Source: an uncultured bacterium
GTDB lineage: Bacteria > Hydrogenedentota > Hydrogenedentia > Hydrogenedentales > JAEUWI01
DNA length: 64,000 nt
Assembly: GCA_963977445.1 (NCBI GenBank)
Contig: CAXBPH010000001.1
Coordinates: forward strand, 1-64,000
Direction of reading: 5' to 3'
Part shown: piece after piece, positions 56,240-64,000 of the stretch
Position numbering within the stretch: the stretch's first letter is position 1
Layout of the letters: each line of letters starts with the position of its first letter
Notes under the pieces: generated by a model
What the model saw: only the letters and a program-made list of their open reading frames with translations
Database searches by the model: none
Told to the model about the DNA's origin: nothing
Made by a program: the position numbers and the translations under genes

Positions 56240-59200
56240 ATGAAAAATCACCGCAATCGATTTGTGTTGGGCATGACGGTCAGTACGCTGCTTTGCGGAC
56301 TCTGGCAACCGCAACTTGACGCCCAGCAAGAAAGCGCCGAGACCCTGGCGGGCATGGAAACCGCTCCCGGACTCGAAGTGACGCTCTTCGCATCTGAGGA
56401 CCAACTGGTCAATCCAACGGCCATAGACATCGGTCCAGACGGACGGGTCTGGGTGACGGAGGCAGCCAACTACCGCCTCTTCAAACATCCCGTTGTCCAG
56501 GAAGGTGGTGATCGTGTCCGCGTCCTTGAAGATACGGATGGAGACGGCCGTTGCGATAAAGCGACCACGTTCTACCAGGATCCTTCGCTCCAGGCACCGC
56601 TGGGCATCGCTATCCTCGGCGACCGGGTCTATGTGTGCCAAAGCCCCGACCTCTTCTATCTCGAAGACCTCGACAAAGACGGTAAGGCCGACAAGAAAAC
56701 CATCATCCTCACCGGCTTCGGGGGCGTTGATCATGACCACGCCATACATGGCATCATGGCGGGCCCCGATGGTCTTATTTACATGACCGTAGGCGATGGC
56801 GGCCTTGACGTGACCGATAAATCGGGCCACCGCATCACGGCTGGCAAGGGCGCTGAGAATCCCGAGTTTGATGCGGCCACCGTGTTACGCACCGATCCTG
56901 AGGGCAATCATCTGGAGATCCTGGCCGAGGGCATGCGCAACCCCTATGAGCCCACCATAAACTCCTTTGGCACCATATTTGGTTCGGACAATGACGACGA
57001 TGGCAACGAACAGGTCCAGATTAATGACGTCATGGAAGGCGGACATTATGGGTACTGGCCCCGGCGCCAGGGCGACCGTCGCCTTGATGCGATCCATTGG
57101 AACAAAGACCGCGCCGGCGTAATGCCCAATATGATTCGCACGGGATTTGGCTCGCCCACCGGCATCCTGTTTTACGAAGGCTCCCTCCTTCCGACGCGCC
57201 TGCAGAACACCTTGATTCATGCAGACGCGGGTCCGGGCGTCATTCGCTCCTACCGCGCCGTGGCCAATGGCGCAGGCTACAGTGGCGAAACAGAAATTAT
57301 CCTCTCCGCGCCAAAAGACAAATGGTTTCGTCCCAGCGACGTCTGCGTAGCGCCTGATGGTTCCGTGCTTGTCGCAGACTGGTACGACCCGGGCGTCGGC
57401 GGTCACAACATGGGTGACACAACCCGTGGCCGAATCTACCGCCTGGCACCGCCTGCAACGCCCTATACGATTCCCCCGCTGGAGTTAACGACAGACGAAG
57501 GCATTACCAACGCCCTGGCCTCCCCCAACCTGGCCCGCCGCTACCTGGCCTATACCGTCCTCACCGGAGACCTTAAGGGTGCCGAAGTGCCCCTGCTCCA
57601 TAAGATTTATCAAAGCAATGATCCGGTCCTCCGCGCACGGGCCCTCTGGCTCCTCGGACAGGAAAAAAACCACGGCTTGGAAACCCTCCTGGAAGCGGCC
57701 AAAGATGATGCCCCGGCCTTCCGCGTTGAAGCCGTTCGCCTGTTGGCCGCCCGGGGTTCGGATGCGCTCTTCATGGCCGCTGGGTTGGTCGACGACCCCA
57801 ACCCCATGGTCCGCCGCCAGGTGCTGGTAGAACTGCGCAACCTGCCGGATTCCTCCAAGCGAGACGCATGGCTTATCGCCCTGGCCCTGCAATATGACGG
57901 CCAGGATCGATTCTATCGGGAGGCAGTGGGTATCGCCTTCACCGGCCGGGAATCCTGGGGCTTTGAACAACTTCATGAGAAATTGGGTGGCCGCTGGGAT
58001 GAACGCCTCTCCGGCCTGGCCCTCCAACTTCATCCCCCAGAGGCTATGGTGATCGCCGAGACCGCACTCAGCAACGCCAACCTTGGTGATACCCCCCGAA
58101 AATTGGCCATGGACGTGCTCGACGCCATCGGCACCGAGGAAAGCGGCAAGCTTCTCGTCCAACTCATCGAAGCACCCGGCACCGAAGCCACCCTTTTCGA
58201 GCACGCCCTGCACCACCTTTCCCGGAATGGCGGCCAGGACTGGAGCAGCGTTACCGGCGGCGACGTCCTGGACGACGCCCTCGCGACCGCCTTGGATGAC
58301 CCGGGACGCAGCAAGGCGGTGTGGTCCTTCCTTGCCGACACCCAACGACAGAGCTTCGTACCGGTATTGATTGCCCGTGCAAACCAGGAAACACTCACAC
58401 TGGACAGTCGATTGGCCTCCCTGAGCGGCATCCGAGCGATTGCGCCCAAAGTAGGCCCCAAGGATGCCGACGGCATGGTAAAGGAGCTCGCACCCCTGCT
58501 GCAGGATAAAAATGAATTGTTGCGGAACGCGGTTCTCCAGACGATCCAGGATTTCCGTGGCAGCGCCAGCCGTTCCCTTCTACTGGACCTCGTTTTGGAC
58601 ATAGAACAGGATCTGACCCTGCGCGCGGACCTCGCCAAACACCTGGCGGGCACCCAGTCTGGCGCCATTGCGCTGCTGGATGCGGTGGAACAGGAAACAT
58701 TGCCGGCTGACCTGCTGCCCGTGGTTTCGGAACAGATTCACAACAGCCCCTTCGAAGATGCCCGCATGATGGCGGAACAACTGCTTCCCCGAGACACCAC
58801 CGCCGATGGTGCGGCCCTGCCCCCCATGGAGGAACTGATAACCATGGCGGGCGACGCGGAACGGGGCAAGATGGTCTTCTTCAGCGAAGATTTTGCCCAA
58901 TGCTTCCGCTGCCACAGAATCGGAGAGGAAGGCAAAGAAGTGGGTCCCAATCTCACGGTGATTGGCCAGAAATTCGGCCGGGAAGGCATTCTGGAATCCA
59001 TCCTCTTTCCGAGTGCAGCCATTTCCCACGAATATGAGGTTTGGATAGTGGAAACCGAGTGGGACGGCTTCCTCAGCGGCTTCATTGTGAGTGAGAACGA
59101 CAAAGAAGTGAGACTGATGGATGCTACCGGCACCGTAAAAGATTTGAAGCGGTCTGATATCCTCGACACCCGGAAAAGTGCGACTTCACTCATGCCGACG

Positions 59201-59269
59201 GGACTGGCAGCGGCCATGTCGGCCCAGGATTTGAGCGATCTGGTAGCCTATCTGGCAACACTCAAATAG
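56240..59269 (+). CDS. PVC-type heme-binding CxxCH membrane-bound dehydrogenase-like protein
   Basis: EDTDGDG..DK, MRNPYE, FRPSD and DWYD motifs; HEAT repeats; CFRCH...VGPNL, ILESILFPS and SLMP. Confidence 0.9.
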   Translation: MKNHRNRFVLGMTVSTLLCGLWQPQLDAQQESAETLAGMETAPGLEVTLFASEDQLVNPTAIDIGPDGRVWVTEAANYRLFKHPVVQEGGDRVRVLEDTDGDGRCDKATTFYQDPSLQAPLGIAILGDRVYVCQSPDLFYLEDLDKDGKADKKTIILTGFGGVDHDHAIHGIMAGPDGLIYMTVGDGGLDVTDKSGHRITAGKGAENPEFDAATVLRTDPEGNHLEILAEGMRNPYEPTINSFGTIFGSDNDDDGNEQVQINDVMEGGHYGYWPRRQGDRRLDAIHWNKDRAGVMPNMIRTGFGSPTGILFYEGSLLPTRLQNTLIHADAGPGVIRSYRAVANGAGYSGETEIILSAPKDKWFRPSDVCVAPDGSVLVADWYDPGVGGHNMGDTTRGRIYRLAPPATPYTIPPLELTTDEGITNALASPNLARRYLAYTVLTGDLKGAEVPLLHKIYQSNDPVLRARALWLLGQEKNHGLETLLEAAKDDAPAFRVEAVRLLAARGSDALFMAAGLVDDPNPMVRRQVLVELRNLPDSSKRDAWLIALALQYDGQDRFYREAVGIAFTGRESWGFEQLHEKLGGRWDERLSGLALQLHPPEAMVIAETALSNANLGDTPRKLAMDVLDAIGTEESGKLLVQLIEAPGTEATLFEHALHHLSRNGGQDWSSVTGGDVLDDALATALDDPGRSKAVWSFLADTQRQSFVPVLIARANQETLTLDSRLASLSGIRAIAPKVGPKDADGMVKELAPLLQDKNELLRNAVLQTIQDFRGSASRSLLLDLVLDIEQDLTLRADLAKHLAGTQSGAIALLDAVEQETLPADLLPVVSEQIHNSPFEDARMMAEQLLPRDTTADGAALPPMEELITMAGDAERGKMVFFSEDFAQCFRCHRIGEEGKEVGPNLTVIGQKFGREGILESILFPSAAISHEYEVWIVETEWDGFLSGFIVSENDKEVRLMDATGTVKDLKRSDILDTRKSATSLMPTGLAAAMSAQDLSDLVAYLATLK

Positions 59270-59292
59270 AAACTCTTTGAGATGATTTCATG

Positions 59293-59324
59293 AGCACGGG
59301 ATAGCCATTTATCCCGTGCTTTTT
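59293..59324 (+). terminator. Rho-independent terminator
   Basis: Stem agcacgggata / tatcccgtgct followed by a T run. Confidence 0.75.
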
Positions 59325-59484
59325 ACGTGAATCCCCCTACGCTTCGGCTTGCGCGGGGAAGTATGGGCCCAAAGTGACCTTTGCGTGATCTGCCCGGATC
59401 GGTGTACCATGGAGTTAAGTTGTTAGCGGCTCAACGGTCAACGCGTATTTACCACGCGATGAAAGCAAAGGCGATCACTGAGGC

Positions 59485-60516
59485 ATGAATTCGAACTCAA
59501 AAACAAAACCCGCCGAACCCTCCTCGCCCTCTCCCGAGCTATCTCCACCCAACGCGCCCGCCTCCGGTCCACCCGAGACGGTATTGGAAAGCAGTTTCGA
59601 CGGATTTGACGAAGCCCGCATTCTCAAAGACCTGGAAGCACAAAAAGGTGCAGAAGCTCCAGATCTAATCTCCGACCAACGCTCGGTTCGCCTGCGACCC
59701 GGTGTCGTAATTAACCGTAGATTTAAAATTCTCAAACAATTGGGGATGGGCGGTATGGGGGCCGTTTATCTGGTTAAAGATACCCACCTCCGGGAACGTC
59801 GGGCACTCAAGGTCATGCTGCCCCGACTCCTGTCCAACCCCCAGGCCCAGCGCCGATTCCTCATCGAGACCAAAGTTACCCAGCGACTTGCCCATGCAAA
59901 TATCGTCCGGGTACACGACTTGGGCATGGATTTCGACTCGGGCATGCAATTCTTCACCATGGCCCTGGTTGAAGGGGAAACCCTCTACGACTTTTTAAAA
60001 CGCAAGGGTGGCCAGCTCCCCATTGCTGACGTGCTGGACATCGCCCGCCAGATTTGCAGCGCCTTGTCCTACGCTCACCGAACCACCATTCACCGCGACC
60101 TGAAACCTCAGAATATTATGATTGGCGACGACGGCCACATCACCCTATTGGATTTTGGTCTGGCGAAGCTGTTGGATCAGAGTAACCCAGCGTTTTCCCG
60201 CATGGCCGTGGGCACCGTCCAGTACCAGGCACCCGAGCAGAAGTCCAATCCCCTGAATATCGACAAACGCGCCGATCTCTACGCACTGGGCGTTATCCTC
60301 TACCAATTGCTAACGGGTAAACTGCCTCTGGGACATTACACGCCTGCTTCACAACTCCAACGGGGCGTTCCGAGGCGCATGGATGCCATCATTCGATGCT
60401 GCCTCAAGAAACGTGGTGAACGGTATGCCAGCGCTGAAGCCCTCCAACACGATCTGAATACGGCCACCTACAGTGCCCTTCGGCGGTGGCTGCTTGGTTT
60501 CCGGTCACCTCGATAG
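59485..60516 (+). CDS. Hanks-type Ser/Thr protein kinase (no sensor domain)
   Basis: LGMGGMGAVY, ALK, HRDLKPQN, DFGLAK, APEQ and DLYALG motifs. Confidence 0.92.
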   Translation: MNSNSKTKPAEPSSPSPELSPPNAPASGPPETVLESSFDGFDEARILKDLEAQKGAEAPDLISDQRSVRLRPGVVINRRFKILKQLGMGGMGAVYLVKDTHLRERRALKVMLPRLLSNPQAQRRFLIETKVTQRLAHANIVRVHDLGMDFDSGMQFFTMALVEGETLYDFLKRKGGQLPIADVLDIARQICSALSYAHRTTIHRDLKPQNIMIGDDGHITLLDFGLAKLLDQSNPAFSRMAVGTVQYQAPEQKSNPLNIDKRADLYALGVILYQLLTGKLPLGHYTPASQLQRGVPRRMDAIIRCCLKKRGERYASAEALQHDLNTATYSALRRWLLGFRSPR

Positions 60517-60699
60517 CCCCCACGGATTAGGTGGCTATCCCCGCACCCAAACGGACGCTTCGCTCAAAAAGGGTCGGATTAACTGACCACATCATTTTGG
60601 GCAGTCCCCCTGCGAAGAAATCACGGATGAAAAACTACCGGCTTTCTGTTAGAGTAAACCAAGCACAGTCAGAAAATCAGTACCGTACAGGGAGGGATT

Positions 60700-61044
60700 A
60701 TGCCAGGATTGGAACACGCTTCGTGCATCTATCATCCGGGAAAAATAGCCGCTTCGAAATGCAAACAATGTGGAAAAACGACCTGCGCCCAGTGCACGGT
60801 CTCGGGCCCCACGGGAGCCTTTTGTTCTACCCCCTGCCGCACGGCGAATGAGGCACGGGTTATTCAAGCGGGTGACACCAGTGGTAGAGCACGATCCACA
60901 TTCTTCGTAAGAATTCGCGGTATCTTCAGCAAACTCATCATTTTGCTTGTTATACTCCTCGCCGCCGCATGGGTCACCACCTTCATGTATATTCCCGGCC
61001 TCTCAGAAGTGATAAACACCCTGCGTGCCTCGCTGGGTATCTAG
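60700..61044 (+). CDS. B-box-like zinc-finger membrane protein
   Basis: CIYHP...CKQCGK..C..C...FCS..C followed by one TM segment; GGAGG RBS. Confidence 0.7.
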   Translation: MPGLEHASCIYHPGKIAASKCKQCGKTTCAQCTVSGPTGAFCSTPCRTANEARVIQAGDTSGRARSTFFVRIRGIFSKLIILLVILLAAAWVTTFMYIPGLSEVINTLRASLGI

Positions 61045-61198
61045 GAGTCTGACTCCTGGAAGCCCCCGACTCCCAGGCATGCTATACAGCCATATTATCT
61101 ATTCATAAGGTCGTTCCCATCGTCACATGGGAATGGCACGTGGTCAGTCGTTGTGTAGGCGCAATCTTGTGTTTCCACAACAAAGCAGGAGAGCAATC

Positions 61199-61636
61199 AT
61201 GGATTTAAGTGGACTGAAGTGGCCTTTTATCATCGTTGTAATCGTCGGCATTGGCTGGTTGGCCACCAGCGGCGGCGTAAACTGGATGTATGGAAAATAC
61301 ACCGCAGCCAGCCCGGGCGTTGACGCGCAGCAGGACTTACGCGATGAAGCTGGCCTGACGAGCCTGGCCGGATACACCTATATCCTTTGGAAATGGGAGA
61401 CTACCATCCAGATAATTGAAGTAAGTATCGACCGCTATGGTGAAAATGGACCCAATTACTGGTACAATCTCGAACGACTCAGTAGCTGCTACGACCGCAT
61501 TGGGCAGTATCAGGTAAGCGTCGATATCTTGCGAGAGTTAATGGATGCAAACGCGCACGAGATCGATGAACGGGTGGGCAACTTCGACGCCCTCAATCTT
61601 CGGGCCGCAAAACTTATAGAGATGCACGAACTATAG
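61199..61636 (+). CDS. Hypothetical membrane-anchored helical (TPR-like) protein
   Basis: AGGAG RBS, N-terminal TM segment, overlaps the rlmB start. Confidence 0.6.
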   Translation: MDLSGLKWPFIIVVIVGIGWLATSGGVNWMYGKYTAASPGVDAQQDLRDEAGLTSLAGYTYILWKWETTIQIIEVSIDRYGENGPNYWYNLERLSSCYDRIGQYQVSVDILRELMDANAHEIDERVGNFDALNLRAAKLIEMHEL

Positions 61637-62385
61637 TGATGAATAACAAAGACACCCTGATTGGTAGAATTCCCGTGTTGGAGTGCCTCCGCGCCAAGCG
61701 CCGGAAGGCACTTCAACTATTTATATTGGAGTCCGGTAACGGGCTGGAAGAGATCACTTCCGCAGCACGAAGTATACCCATCGAAAAGGTCTCGCGCCTG
61801 GAATTGGATCGCATGACCGATGGGGCCAATCACCAGGGCGTGGTACTCCATGCCAATCCCCTGCCTGTCCGAACGTTGCCCGAATGGCTCGGCCGCCCGG
61901 TCGCTGCCGATGCGTTCATCGTCATTCTGGACTGTGTGGAAGACCCCCAGAATTTTGGGGCCATCGTGCGATCAGCGGCCGCCTGTGGTGCCGCAGCGGT
62001 GCTCTTTCCAAAGGATCGGAGTGCGCCCATCGGCCCGGCCACGGTAAAAAGTGCTGCCGGGGCGCTGGAACACATTGATATGATTCAGGTGCCCAATATT
62101 GCGCGGGCAGCGGCCGAACTCAAGAAACATGATTTCTGGTTGGCCGCGCTCATGCCCGAAGGACCGCAAGTACTTTGGGATGCTGATCTTAAGGGACGCA
62201 TAGCCATCGTGGTGGGCAATGAAGGCAAAGGTATTCGTCCCCTCGTGGAGAAACAGTGCGACCTTGCCGTGCGTATACCGCTCACGGGCTCCATTACCAG
62301 CCTGAACGCGTCGGTAAGCACGGCTATTGCCCTGGCGGAATGCGTCAGACAGCGCCATAACGCCGCCACAGCGAAGCGCCCATAA
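61636..62385 (+). CDS. rlmB: 23S rRNA (Gm2251) 2'-O-methyltransferase
   Basis: HQGV, LD.VEDPQNFGAIVRSA, KSAAGA, GNEGKG and SLNAS motifs. Confidence 0.9.
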   Translation: MMNNKDTLIGRIPVLECLRAKRRKALQLFILESGNGLEEITSAARSIPIEKVSRLELDRMTDGANHQGVVLHANPLPVRTLPEWLGRPVAADAFIVILDCVEDPQNFGAIVRSAAACGAAAVLFPKDRSAPIGPATVKSAAGALEHIDMIQVPNIARAAAELKKHDFWLAALMPEGPQVLWDADLKGRIAIVVGNEGKGIRPLVEKQCDLAVRIPLTGSITSLNASVSTAIALAECVRQRHNAATAKRP

Positions 62386-62545
62386 CCCATTGTTATAGAA
62401 CCCGTTAACCGAAGATCACGGTGATGCGCTTCACCGTCGTCTTCCGGTTTCGGTAATGGGTGGGCCGGCTCTCTCCTGGAATCACATTTACCGATTCGCT
62501 CACGTCACGGATTGTGTCCCCCGGGGTCGTCATCTTCCCCATTGG

Positions 62546-62797
62546 TCAATCGAGAACGGGGGGCGTATCCAAATCCCGTTCACGTAACTTTTTAGCATAA
62601 TACGTCACGATGCGTCGCAGCAGTTCATCACGCTTAATACCTTCAACCTCCGCCTTCCACCGCAAAAATGCGGCGGCGGACCGGGGCAACGTAACTGTCA
62701 TCTTGACCATATCCGATGGATTGGTATCCCCCAGATGTTGATCTTTCTTTTTACGCAGTCGCGCGGCCTGTTCGTTCTCCGTCATGTTTTCCTCCAC
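62546..62797 (-). CDS. Ribbon-helix-helix (CopG-like) small protein
   Basis: KMTVTLP....FLRWKA..EGIKRDELLRRIV. Confidence 0.6.
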   Translation of the reverse strand: MEENMTENEQAARLRKKKDQHLGDTNPSDMVKMTVTLPRSAAAFLRWKAEVEGIKRDELLRRIVTYYAKKLRERDLDTPPVLD

Positions 62798-63048
62798 GTA
62801 TCTGCTCCTGATTGGAAGGGTACAAGTTCTACGCTAATCATATACCGTTGTTAACGCTTTTATAAAGACCACTATAACACGTAATTGTGCTAATCACGTA
62901 AAATGAATTTCGTAATCGGGGTCAACTATTCCTATAATAGAGACTGGTCGGTTTGAATGACCTCACAATCGTGCGCAAATAAGGTAATAAATATGTTCCA
63001 AATTGCGCTACGAATTGTATCCAATCTACGCATTTCGGGAGAGTCGGG

Positions 63049-64000
63049 TTGAATATTCTGGGCATTGGTGGCTATTCGCACGATTCCGCAGCGGCACTGG
63101 TATGTGACGGAAGAGTCGTTGCCGCCGTAGCCGAAGAACGTCTCTCCCGGGTGAAACATCAGGGCGGCATCCCCCACCGCGCCATCGCCTGGTGCCTGGA
63201 AGCGGGTGGAATAACGGCGGAAGAGGTGGACCATGTGGGCTGCTACATGCGCCCGGGCCTTCGCCTCGGAAAGCGCCTTCCCTACCGTGCATCGACCTTC
63301 TTCAAGCATCCATTTTACGCTACAGCCTTTGCCGGGTATGAAATAATTCACAACGCCCAATACATCCAAGGTATGCGGAAGCTGACACCGCCCCATGGGA
63401 AGCTCCACTATATGGAACACCATCCGGCCCACGCAGCCAGCGCTTTCTTATGCAGCCCCTTTGAGGAAGCCGCCCTCCTCTCCATCGATTATGTGGGCGA
63501 ATGGGCCGTAACCTGGACCGGAGTGGGCCGTGGCGGCGCCATCACCCGCCTTCGCCAGACCAACTACCCCAACTCCCTCGGCGTCTTTTATTCCGCCCTC
63601 ACCGACTACCTCGGCTTTCTCCGTGCGTCGGATGAATACAAGGTGATGGGCCTGGCGTCCTACGGGGAACCGACCTACTATGACGATCTGAAAGAGGTCA
63701 TTCGTCCCCAGGAGGACGGCTGGTATGCCATCGATCACCGATACACGGCGTGGCACTATCTTCCCGGTTCCCGTTGTGGTTATTTCAGCCAACGGTTTAT
63801 TGACCGCTTCGGGCCGCCCCGAAAAAAAGACGAGCCCATCACCGAGCATCACCGCAATCTGGCGGCCTCGGCCCAGCGCCTTCTCGAAGACATCGTATTG
63901 AATCTGTGCCGCAGCCTTCACAAGGAAACCGGCCTGAAAAAGCTCTGTCTTGCTGGAGGCGTTGCCTTGAATTGCTCCATGAATGGGCGACTCAAACGGG
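63049..64000 (+). CDS. Carbamoyltransferase (NodU/CmcH family), truncated by the window end; absent from ORF track
   Basis: TTG start; ILGIGGYSHDSAAAL...EERLSRVKH, EHHPAHAASAF, SLGVFY, EYKVMGLASYG and AGGVALNC motifs. Confidence 0.92.
   Translation, partial: MNILGIGGYSHDSAAALVCDGRVVAAVAEERLSRVKHQGGIPHRAIAWCLEAGGITAEEVDHVGCYMRPGLRLGKRLPYRASTFFKHPFYATAFAGYEIIHNAQYIQGMRKLTPPHGKLHYMEHHPAHAASAFLCSPFEEAALLSIDYVGEWAVTWTGVGRGGAITRLRQTNYPNSLGVFYSALTDYLGFLRASDEYKVMGLASYGEPTYYDDLKEVIRPQEDGWYAIDHRYTAWHYLPGSRCGYFSQRFIDRFGPPRKKDEPITEHHRNLAASAQRLLEDIVLNLCRSLHKETGLKKLCLAGGVALNCSMNGRLKR

Overview
GC-rich bacterial chromosomal window. The DUF1559 pilin-like protein ending in RLREGIERF...[19 protein letters not shown], together with a PVC-type heme protein, suggests Ca. 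Hydrogenedentes or a related PVC-like lineage (inference). Contents from left to right: (1) a REP/BIME-like repeat mosaic; (2) a cytochrome c-fused PQQ-type sugar dehydrogenase, an ankyrin protein and ppnP; (3) an AraC-linked catabolic locus with two atypical M24-fold enzymes that lack the canonical Asp metal ligands, a sodium:solute symporter with a 54-aa partner missing from the ORF track, a DUF6786-like protein and a CE4 deacetylase; (4) an AT-richer islet beside tRNA-Arg(CCG), bounded by an 18/20 direct repeat and carrying a DEDDh exonuclease-BRCT gene with an orphan partner, plus a decayed Rep/primase-like remnant on the other side of the tRNA; (5) signalling genes (HDOD kinase, PhoB/PhoR-like pair with an OprO/P porin, a kinase-REC-PP2C operon, an NtrC-family regulator, a Hpt protein, a Ser/Thr kinase); (6) a P1B-5-type ATPase and bioB; (7) a Wzm/Wzt glycan export locus whose Wzt has a duplicated ~230-aa C-terminal domain and which encodes a degenerate radical-SAM-like/GT2 fusion; (8) rlmB and a carbamoyltransferase cut by the window end. 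No CRISPR array or rRNA was seen. All family calls come from motif recognition by eye, not from database searches.
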